DNA of 32,000 bases from Akkermansia muciniphila ATCC BAA-835 (GTDB taxonomy: Bacteria > Verrucomicrobiota > Verrucomicrobiia > Verrucomicrobiales > Akkermansiaceae). The notes beneath the pieces are model-generated. The model was not told the origin of the DNA, searched no databases, and worked only from the letters and a program-made list of their open reading frames with translations. The DNA is taken from positions 1,290,001 through 1,322,000 of the forward strand of contig NC_010655.1 of assembly GCF_000020225.1 (NCBI RefSeq), given 5' to 3'. The position numbers were made by a program, and so were the translations under genes. Positions 1 to 6,305 of the stretch are shown piece by piece (the first letter of the stretch is position 1; each line of letters starts with the position of its first letter).

Positions 1-1126
1 TGCAGCCGGTTTCCCCTGCGGCGTAAAGGCCGTCCAGGCTGGTCTGGCCGTTGACGTCCGTCAGCACGCCGCCGCACTGGAAATGCGCTGCGGGAACAAC
101 GGGAATGGGTTCCCTGGCGGGATTGACGCCGTAGCGGTTGCATGTCTCGTAAATCAGGGGAAAACGTTCCTGGACGAACCCTTCCGGCTTGTGGGAGATA
201 TCCAGATAAACGCACATGCTGCCCGTCCTCTTCATTTCCGAATCTACGGCGCGGGCGGTGATGTCGCGCGGGGCCAGGGATTTGCGGGGGTCGTACTTGT
301 GCATGAATTCCTTCCCGTCCGCGCCTATCAGCACGCCGCCTTCCCCGCGCACGGCTTCGGAGATGAGGAAGGAGCGCGCTTCCGCGCCTTCCGCGCGGGT
401 GTTGAAGAAACAGGTGGGATGGAACTGCACGAATTCCATGTTGGCGATGGTGGCCCCCGCCCGCCAGGCCATGGCTACGCCGTCCCCCGTGGCGGAATCA
501 TTATTGGTAGTGTACAGATACACGCGCCCGCAGCCGCCGGTGGCGAGCAGCACGCGGTCTGACCGGAAGATTTCCACTTCCCCGGAGACGCGGTCCAGCA
601 CGTAGGCTCCCAGAACGCGGTCTTCCGTGACGAGGCCCAGCTTGGTGGTCGTAATCAGGTCAATGGCGAAATGGTCTTCCAGCAGTTCAATGTTGGGGTG
701 AAGCTTGGCCGCCTCCAGAAGTTTGGAGGTAATTTCCAGTCCGGTTGCGTCTTTGGCGTGGAGGATGCGCCGTTTGGTGTGGCCGCCCTCCCTGGCCAGT
801 TCATAATCCTCTCCCTGGTTGCCGGGGTCAAAGTTCACTCCCCATTCCAGCAGTTCCCGGATAGCGTCCGGGCCTTCCTCCACGATAGTGCGCACGGCCT
901 GTTCGTTGCAGAGGCCCGCTCCGGCGTCCAGCGTATCCGCAACATGGTCTTCAAAGGAATCGTTGCGGTCCCATACGGCGGCGATGCCGCCCTGTGCCTT
1001 GGCGGAACTGCAATCCAGAAATTTGCCTTTTGTAATGACTGCAACCTTGCCGTGTTCCGCCGCTCTCAAGGCGAAACTCAATCCGGCAACACCTGCCCCA
1101 ATGACTAAAAAGTCGCTCGTCTTCAT
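1..1126 (-). CDS. nadB: L-aspartate oxidase NadB, N-terminal ~375 aa; the 3' end lies beyond the window start
   Basis: Absent from the ORF track because it runs off the edge. My minus-strand translation from the ATG at 1126 gives MKTSDFLVIGAGVAGLSFALRAAEHGKVAVITKG...REGGHTKRRILHAKDATG...ATGDGVAMAWRAGA..NMEFVQFHPT..SEAVRGEGG..LAPRDI..VPAAHFQCGG. This is collinear with E. coli NadB, including the FAD GxGxxG motif. Confidence 0.93.
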   Translation of the reverse strand, partial: MKTSDFLVIGAGVAGLSFALRAAEHGKVAVITKGKFLDCSSAKAQGGIAAVWDRNDSFEDHVADTLDAGAGLCNEQAVRTIVEEGPDAIRELLEWGVNFDPGNQGEDYELAREGGHTKRRILHAKDATGLEITSKLLEAAKLHPNIELLEDHFAIDLITTTKLGLVTEDRVLGAYVLDRVSGEVEIFRSDRVLLATGGCGRVYLYTTNNDSATGDGVAMAWRAGATIANMEFVQFHPTCFFNTRAEGAEARSFLISEAVRGEGGVLIGADGKEFMHKYDPRKSLAPRDITARAVDSEMKRTGSMCVYLDISHKPEGFVQERFPLIYETCNRYGVNPAREPIPVVPAAHFQCGGVLTDVNGQTSLDGLYAAGETGC

Positions 1127-1232
1127 CTTGAATGGTACGGAATTGTACCATGACGCGGGCTGCCAAGTCACGCCCAATGATGGGGCGGCAGGGCATATTT
1201 GTCTGGAAAAGAAGTGTGAAACACGCTAATTC

Positions 1233-1814
1233 ATGGGCATGAGACCCCAAGGGAACGAACAGGAAGCGCGCCGGAACAAGCATGTGCGCAGCGCGCCGTC
1301 CAAAATTGCCGTGAAGGCGCTGGGAGAGGAGGTGCTGGACGGGATTCTGGACAAATCCTCCAACCCTCTGCTGCTTATTCTGGACTGCGTGCAGGACCCC
1401 CACAACCTGGGAGCCATCCTGCGGACGGCGGACGGCGCGGGAGTGGATGCCGTCATCGCCCCCCGGGACAAATCCGTGGGCATTACGGAGACGGTGCTGC
1501 GCGTTTCCGTCGGCGCTGCGGAAAAGGTGCCTTTTATTCAGGTGACCAATCTGGCGCGCACCATGAAGCAGCTCCAGAGCCGCGGCATCTGGATATTCGG
1601 CACGTCGGACAAAGGAGACCGCGGCCTGTATGAAACGGACTTCACGGGGCCGGCCGCACTGGTGATGGGGGCGGAAGGGGAAGGGATGAGAAGATTGACG
1701 GAAGAGAACTGCGATTTCCTGCTGAGGATTCCCATGAAGGGAAGCATTCCGTGCCTGAACGTATCTGTGGCTACGGGCGTATGCCTGTATGAAATGGTGC
1801 GGCAGCGTTCCTGA
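1233..1814 (+). CDS. rlmB: 23S rRNA (guanosine-2'-O)-methyltransferase, SpoU/TrmH family (RlmB-like)
   Basis: 193-aa [24 protein letters not shown] and [51 protein letters not shown] are almost collinear with the E. coli RlmB C-terminal domain. The true start may be the ATG at 1239, because a TAATTC -10-like hexamer (1227-1232) ends 6 nt before it. Confidence 0.88.
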   Translation: MGMRPQGNEQEARRNKHVRSAPSKIAVKALGEEVLDGILDKSSNPLLLILDCVQDPHNLGAILRTADGAGVDAVIAPRDKSVGITETVLRVSVGAAEKVPFIQVTNLARTMKQLQSRGIWIFGTSDKGDRGLYETDFTGPAALVMGAEGEGMRRLTEENCDFLLRIPMKGSIPCLNVSVATGVCLYEMVRQRS

Positions 1815-1847
1815 TTCCATGACTGTTTTTCTCCCTCCCTCGTCTTT

Positions 1848-2669
1848 ATGATTCAGGAACTTGATCTTGCTCCGGGGGAACGCGCCAGGTTTATTTCAGA
1901 CATCCATTTCGGCCATGCCAAGGCGCTGGCCCGGGAGCCGGAAGAGCTGGGGTTTCTTCTGGAGGGGTGCTCCCATCTGGTAGTGTGCGGGGACCTCAGT
2001 GAAACCCGTGAAAGCCCCTGCCGGGAGGAAGGATTGGAAAAACGGGCCCGTTTCCTGCGGATGTGCCGGGATGCCGGGGTGCAGCCCGTTCTGCTGGCCG
2101 GCAACCATGATCCGGACGAGAAAGCCGGCCTGCTGAAATTGCAGGGCGGCCGCATCTGCGCTTTGCACGGCCATGCGCTGTTCAGGGAGGTGGCTCCGTG
2201 GGGATGGGAATATTTGAAAAACAAGCAGGTTTCCCGCGAACTGATCGCAGCGTTCCCGGAGGCGGAGGCAGATTTGCTGCGGCGGCTGGAGCTGGCCCGT
2301 GCCATGAGTGTGCTGGTGCCTCCTGTTTATACGCGTTCCGGAACACATCAAAATAAACTGGTGCGTTTTTTAGCTCATTCTGCCTGGCCGCCGGAACGGC
2401 CCGTGCGGATTCTTCTGGCATGGCTGACGATGATGCGGCGCATGGGGAAATTTGCAGACCGTTTTTTTCCGGAAGCGGAAGTCGTCATTTTTGGCCATCT
2501 TCACCGACGGGCGGTGAGCGGGAAAAAGGGGCGGCGGCTGTACATCAACCTGGGCGCCTGTTTCCGCCATGCCAGATGCTGGGCGGCGGACGTAACGCCG
2601 GAAAGAGGAGTCTCCATCCGCAGTTATACGCCCGGAGGATATGATGGCCCGGAGGCAATTCTCCGCTGA
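1848..2669 (+). CDS. Metallophosphoesterase (calcineurin-like) family protein
   Basis: 273-aa ORF with the ordered motifs SDIHFGH, CGDLSE, GNHD, HGH and GHLH, typical of the DxH/GD/GNHD/H/GH phosphoesterase signature. Confidence 0.75.
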   Translation: MIQELDLAPGERARFISDIHFGHAKALAREPEELGFLLEGCSHLVVCGDLSETRESPCREEGLEKRARFLRMCRDAGVQPVLLAGNHDPDEKAGLLKLQGGRICALHGHALFREVAPWGWEYLKNKQVSRELIAAFPEAEADLLRRLELARAMSVLVPPVYTRSGTHQNKLVRFLAHSAWPPERPVRILLAWLTMMRRMGKFADRFFPEAEVVIFGHLHRRAVSGKKGRRLYINLGACFRHARCWAADVTPERGVSIRSYTPGGYDGPEAILR

Positions 2670-2692
2670 TTGATGCCCACGGAAAAAAGTGA

Positions 2693-2771
2693 GGGGAACG
2701 CGTCCGTGTTTAGGCGATAATGTGTTAGAGCACCGGATGACTAGTCCATACAGTTTGTGGACGCGTTCCCC
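2693..2771. other. Long stem-loop: perfect 13-bp inverted repeat GGGGAACGCGTCC / GGACGCGTTCCCC with a 53-nt loop
   Basis: Arms at 2693-2705 and 2759-2771. On the minus strand the stem is followed by TCACTTTTTTCC. It could end a leftward transcript starting near 2962 and/or the rightward phosphoesterase gene. Confidence 0.4.
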
Positions 2772-2962
2772 ATAGAATTTGGCCGCGCCTGTTTTCCCTG
2801 GTAGCCGGCGGGACAGTTTTTCCCGGAGCTTTTCAGGGCGCAGCCCCGGCAGCAGCAGGGGCGCGAGGAGGAAAAAAACCTGGAGAAGAAGGACTCCATT
2901 CTGGCGGGTGCGCCGCCGGAGCACTTTCTTTCACCGTTTCTTTCCGAATTGGGGCTGACCAT
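2741..2962 (-). CDS. Candidate small Cys-rich protein (73 aa), or alternatively part of a metal-regulated sRNA
   Basis: ATG at 2962 lies 6 nt after a TAACTT -10-like hexamer that overlaps an operator. The ORF MVSPNSERNGERKCSGGAPARMESFFSRFFSSSRPCCCRGCALKSSGKNCPAGYQGK... has 7 Cys. Codon choice (TCC, TGC, GGC, CCC) resembles the real genes here. No homolog recognised. Confidence 0.3.
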   Translation of the reverse strand: MVSPNSERNGERKCSGGAPARMESFFSRFFSSSRPCCCRGCALKSSGKNCPAGYQGKQARPNSMGNASTNCMD

Positions 2963-2968
2963 GAAGCA

Positions 2969-2997
2969 AAGTTAGTGCAACCTAACTCATATTGCAA
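2969..2997 (-). promoter_or_regulatory. Promoter-operator module TTGCAA-N17-TAACTT containing operator site S1 (TTAGTGCAACCTAA, 2972-2985)
   Basis: Minus strand reads TTGCAATATGAGTTAGGTTGCACTAACTT. Same layout and 17/29 identical positions as the modules at 6277-6305 and 11923-11951. Confidence 0.6.
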
Positions 2998-3070
2998 GAA
3001 AAAAGTTTGTCTCACCTAATATTTTTCAAGAAGAGGTTGACTTGGTCAGAGCCTTGGTTATTGTTTTTTG

Positions 3071-3084
3071 TTAGTTAAACCTAA
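3071..3084. promoter_or_regulatory. Operator site S2 (TTAGTTAAACCTAA) 13 nt upstream of the regulator ATG; overlaps a TAATAA -10-like hexamer (3082-3087)
   Basis: Exact TTAG-N6-CTAA palindrome. A TTGACT hexamer lies at 3037-3042. The position suggests autoregulation. Confidence 0.6.
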
Positions 3085-3096
3085 TAAGCATCAATC

Positions 3097-3504
3097 ATGA
3101 TACATGAAAAATTTTCCACTCCGGAGTTGAGCAACAGCCTGGAGGATTATATTGAGGCCGTCCGCAACATTGAGTTGGAAAAGGGATGCGCCACCGTAGG
3201 GGAAATTGCGGAATCTCTGAACGTGAAAAAACCTTCCGCCTCACTGGCCATGAAGCAGTTGAAGGAACGCGGCCTGGTGGAATACACGCAGTATTCTCCC
3301 ATTGTCCTGACCAGGGAAGGCCGTTATTACGCGGACCGGGTCATTTCCTGCCATACCATGGTGAAGGAGTTCCTCATTACGGTGCTGAAGATGGAGGAAA
3401 AACGCGCCGATGAAGTGGCCTGTTGCATTGAACATATCATGACTCTGGAGGAAATCTCCCGTTTCCAGCTTCTGACGGATCGTTGCAGGGAAAGAGGAGA
3501 ATAA
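3097..3504 (+). CDS. DtxR/MntR-family metal-dependent transcriptional regulator (135 aa, no SH3-like domain)
   Basis: N-terminal LEDYIEAV... and the wHTH segment VGEIAESLNVKKPSASLAMKQLKERGLVEY, followed by a dimerisation/metal domain with H86 and C109-x-x-E112-H113. Collinear with B. subtilis MntR and the first two domains of DtxR. Confidence 0.9.
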   Translation: MIHEKFSTPELSNSLEDYIEAVRNIELEKGCATVGEIAESLNVKKPSASLAMKQLKERGLVEYTQYSPIVLTREGRYYADRVISCHTMVKEFLITVLKMEEKRADEVACCIEHIMTLEEISRFQLLTDRCRERGE

Positions 3505-3540
3505 AATACTCCCGCATGATTTTCCGGGGGGACAGTTCAT

Positions 3541-3568
3541 GAGGGAATGGCTCATCCCTCTCTTTTTT
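3541..3568 (+). terminator. Weak intrinsic terminator candidate after the regulator gene
   Basis: GAGGGA-atggctca-TCCCTC followed by TCTTTTTT. The stem is only 6 bp. It overlaps the stop codon of the convergent ATPase gene. Confidence 0.35.
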
Positions 3569-5663
3569 ACTTCGGAACCCGGACAGGGGGAAGGCATCGG
3601 CGTGTGCTGCGCGCGCTGACGTACACTGTGGAAGCGTTATGGAGGAACGCGGAAAGGTCCGGGGTAATCAGCCCGAACATGCCTAGCAGGATCAGAGAGG
3701 AGTTGAACCCGACGATAAAGCGGTAGTTGCGTTCTATTTTTTCAAGGACGGCACAGCTCAATTCCCTTAAAACAACCAGTTCAGCCAGAGAGCTGGACAA
3801 CAGGGAAATATCCGCCACTTCACGGGCGATATCGGAAGAATCCTTCATGGAGACGGAAACATCTGCACAGGAAAGAGCGGGGGAATCGTTGATGCCGTCT
3901 CCCACCATGCACACTGTTTTGCCGGATTTCTTCAATTGCTGGATAAAGCGGGCCTTATCTTCAGGCAGAACCTGGGAACGGTATTCCGTGATGCCCAACT
4001 GGCGGCTGATGGCGCGGGCTGCGGATTCGCTGTCCCCCGTGAGCATGATGATGGAGGAAATGCCCTGCCGTTTCAGCCGGGCGATCGTCTCTGCGGCTTC
4101 CGGCCTGGGCGGGTCGCTGACGCCGATCATGCCGATTGCTCTGCGGCCTATGGCGAGAAAGATGTTGGATTTTCCTCTGGCGTGATTGCGTATGGTCAGC
4201 CTTTGCTCTTCCGTGAGGGGGATGCGTTCATCTTCAAAGAGAAAATGGTAGCTGCCCACAAGAACCTTTTTTCCATGAAGGCGGGAGGAAATGCCGTGGG
4301 CCACGATGTATTCCACCTCCGCATGTTCTTCTTCATGGTGTAGGCCCTCCTCCAGCGCTTTGCGCACAACGGCCCGCGCCACGCTGTGGGGGAAGTGTTC
4401 TTCCAGGCATGCTGCCGTTTTCAGGATATATTCCCTGCTGCAGTCGCTCAAAGGGATGATCTGCGTTACCTGAGGGCAGGCGGAGGTCAGCGTGCCCGTC
4501 TTGTCAAAAACGATGGTGTCCGTTTTGGCGAACAGCTCCATGAATTTCCCGCCCTTGATCATGATCTTGCGCGCTGCGGCCTCTTTCATGGCGGAGATGA
4601 CGGAGATGGGGGTGGCGAGCTTGATGGCGCAGGAATAATCCACCATCAGCACGGAGAGAGCCTTGGAGATATTCCTGGTGAACAGAAACAGCGCCCCTGC
4701 CGTGAGCAGGGTATAGGGAACGATAGAATCCGCCAGCTTTTCCGCCCGGCTTTGGATGCGCGCTTTCAGTTCCTCCGAATGGTCGATCAGGGCGATGATA
4801 TTGTTAATGCGGGACTGGTCTCCTGCGGCGTCCACCCGGATGACGAGGGAACCCGTTTCCAGCGTGGTTCCGGCAAAGACGACGGACCCTTCCCGTTTGG
4901 AAGCCGCTTCCGATTCCCCCGTCATGGCGGCCTGGTTGACTTCCGCTTCTCCGGACAGCACGGTACCGTCCACAGGGATGACGTTCCCCGCGTCCACGCG
5001 GATTTTCTCCCCCGGGCGGATTTGCTCCATGGGAACCTGGCGCATGCCTCCTTCTTCCACCCGCCAGACGCGGTCTATATTTATGCTCAGGCTGGCCGCA
5101 AGCGCCGCCCGGGTCTTTTTCCGAGTGTAATTTTCCAGCAGGTCTGAAATGGAAAGAAGGAACATGATGGAATTGGCCGTTCCGTAAGCCTTCGTGCCTA
5201 TGGAAACCCCGATGGAGACGGCGTCCAGAACGGCTACGTTGAGCCGTCCGCTTCCCAGGCCGGCCATTCCGCGCCGTAAATAGGAACTGTAATTCCAGAA
5301 TGCTTTGGCCATTCTGAGCGGGGGCGGCAGAAACACCTTGCAAAACAGGAAAGAGGAAGCTTTCCCCGCTATGCGGAGAAAAAAGGACCGGGCCAGTTTC
5401 CTGGCCTCCGCGCGCTCTTCCGGTTCGTGGCTGCGGAGTGTTTCCGGCCTGAGCCTGTCCAGCGTGCGGAAAATGGCCTGGGGGCTGGTTCCTTCATACA
5501 GGATGAACACACCTCCGTTGCAGGGGGTGGCCTTGACGGAGTATACGCCTTTCTGTTTCAGGAGCCTGCATTCGATGCCGTAAGCCTGGTCATGATTGAA
5601 TGCGCAGCGGCCGCTGCGTACACGGAGCCTGCCGGGCGTATGATGGATAACCTGGTAATGCAT
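3567..5663 (-). CDS. P1B-type heavy-metal ATPase with atypical Y-S-C-A transport motif
   Basis: Contains DKTGTLT, TGES, MLTGD and GDGINDSPAL. The helix preceding DKTGT reads MVDYSCAIKLATP where CopA/ZntA have CPC (codons at 4626-4637). The C-terminal FLHNASTVYVSA resembles the HEGxT helix of Co/Fe-type pumps. The N-terminus has an HMA-like fold with no CxxC. I chose the start at MHYQVIHHTPGRLRVR (5663). The track ORF extends to 5729 but would then include a terminator-like hairpin. Confidence 0.88.
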   Translation of the reverse strand: MHYQVIHHTPGRLRVRSGRCAFNHDQAYGIECRLLKQKGVYSVKATPCNGGVFILYEGTSPQAIFRTLDRLRPETLRSHEPEERAEARKLARSFFLRIAGKASSFLFCKVFLPPPLRMAKAFWNYSSYLRRGMAGLGSGRLNVAVLDAVSIGVSIGTKAYGTANSIMFLLSISDLLENYTRKKTRAALAASLSINIDRVWRVEEGGMRQVPMEQIRPGEKIRVDAGNVIPVDGTVLSGEAEVNQAAMTGESEAASKREGSVVFAGTTLETGSLVIRVDAAGDQSRINNIIALIDHSEELKARIQSRAEKLADSIVPYTLLTAGALFLFTRNISKALSVLMVDYSCAIKLATPISVISAMKEAAARKIMIKGGKFMELFAKTDTIVFDKTGTLTSACPQVTQIIPLSDCSREYILKTAACLEEHFPHSVARAVVRKALEEGLHHEEEHAEVEYIVAHGISSRLHGKKVLVGSYHFLFEDERIPLTEEQRLTIRNHARGKSNIFLAIGRRAIGMIGVSDPPRPEAAETIARLKRQGISSIIMLTGDSESAARAISRQLGITEYRSQVLPEDKARFIQQLKKSGKTVCMVGDGINDSPALSCADVSVSMKDSSDIAREVADISLLSSSLAELVVLRELSCAVLEKIERNYRFIVGFNSSLILLGMFGLITPDLSAFLHNASTVYVSARSTRRCLPPVRVPK

Positions 5664-5666
5664 GGA

Positions 5667-5713
5667 TAAGGAAAAAGAAAAGGGGGAAACGCCCTTCTCC
5701 GTGCGTTTCCCCC
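5667..5713 (-). terminator. Strong intrinsic terminator or attenuator between the small upstream ORF and the ATPase start
   Basis: Perfect 11-bp stem GGGGGAAACGC / GCGTTTCCCCC (5682-5692 and 5703-5713) with a 10-nt loop. On the minus strand it is followed by TTTTCTTTTTCC, ending 3 nt before the ATG at 5663. Confidence 0.6.
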
Positions 5714-5786
5714 GTTGGGGGCGGTCCATTCCGCTGGCGGAGAAGGAAACGGGCGCCCCGCTGTTTGGTGATGGACAATGAGATTG

Positions 5787-6017
5787 CTACTGTTCCGGCC
5801 TGCTGTTTTTCGCGGCGGCCTCATGGCACAGGTCTTGGGCTTCTTCCCGGATGTTTGCCAGTTGTTCCATGGCCTTCTGCTGGATGAGCATGGCCTTGGA
5901 AAGGCCCTGGACGGCCAATTTCCTGGCAACGGGACTTTTTACTACTTTCGCTCCGATGGCGGCGGCGATCATTCCTCCGACGAAGCCCCAGAGGCCTTTG
6001 TTGTTCATGTAACTCAT
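5787..6017 (-). CDS. Small membrane-anchored helical protein (76 aa) upstream of the P1B ATPase; PacL/DUF1490-like by architecture
   Basis: From the internal ATG at 6017: MSYMNNKGLWGFVGGMIAAAIGAKVVKSPVARKLAVQGLSKAMLIQQKAMEQLANIREEAQDLCHEAAAKNSRPEQ. It has one N-terminal TM helix, then an amphipathic E/A/Q-rich helix, then a DLCHE motif near the C-terminus. The track ORF starts at a TTG at 6137. Confidence 0.55.
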   Translation of the reverse strand: MSYMNNKGLWGFVGGMIAAAIGAKVVKSPVARKLAVQGLSKAMLIQQKAMEQLANIREEAQDLCHEAAAKNSRPEQ

Positions 6018-6143
6018 GGTAATGTTTTGATTGGGTTCATCCGGCCTTGGCGGCATGCAGCCGCTTCTTTTCCGGAAGGATTGGATTATATCCAATCCAG
6101 CCTGCATTTTTTTAGCGTGCCCCCGTATTCTGGTCAAGATGAA

Positions 6144-6157
6144 TTAGTTGAAACTAA
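6144..6157. promoter_or_regulatory. Operator site S3 (TTAGTTGAAACTAA) 6 nt upstream of a minus-strand TTGACC -35-like hexamer (6137-6132)
   Basis: Exact TTAG-N6-CTAA with extended arms AATTAG/CTAATT. On the minus strand, TTGACC-N17-TAAAAA follows it, heading into the small ORF / ATPase unit. Confidence 0.55.
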
Positions 6158-6276
6158 TTTTTTAGCAGACATGAAAATATTTTTGCGATATTTTTAATAC
6201 GTTGAAAACAAATAAAATATAATGAACCAACATAATGTTGTACTGAGCAGGGCAAGGGCATTGGGAAGAAAAAGTG

Positions 6277-6305
6277 TTGACTGAATAGTTAGTTTAATCT
6301 AACTT
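6277..6305 (+). promoter_or_regulatory. Promoter-operator module TTGACT-N17-TAACTT containing operator site S4 (TTAGTTTAATCTAA, 6289-6302)
   Basis: TTGACTGAATAGTTAGTTTAATCTAACTT. The 14-mer is identical to the site at 12016-12029, with arms AGTTAG/CTAACT. It points toward the porin gene. Confidence 0.65.

Noticed and set aside
83-1820. ORFs 83-562, 216-605, 671-1108 and 819-1229 (plus strand) and 951-1820 (minus strand)
   Set aside because: They overlap the well-supported nadB (minus) and rlmB (plus) genes in other frames or on the other strand, and their composition is Arg/Gly/Pro-rich.
2370-2924. 184-aa minus-strand ORF reaching into the 2670-3096 gap
   Set aside because: About 300 nt of it overlaps the 3' end of the phosphoesterase gene. 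The sequence is Arg/Pro-rich, with no promoter or operator geometry at its start. The 2741-2962 frame fits the promoter better.
5664-5729. N-terminal extensions offered by the ORF track: ATPase to 5729, feoB to 11625, the feoA genes to 11797 and 11978, rho to 20003, M42 peptidase from 28136, lipoprotein to 31223, small ORF to 6137
   Set aside because: The extensions are Arg/Pro/Ser-rich and several start at TTG. They overlap upstream genes or hairpins. Internal ATGs give N-termini that match the family consensus (for example MSNITIALAGNPNCGKT for FeoB). The ATPase case remains open; see the finding at 5667-5713.
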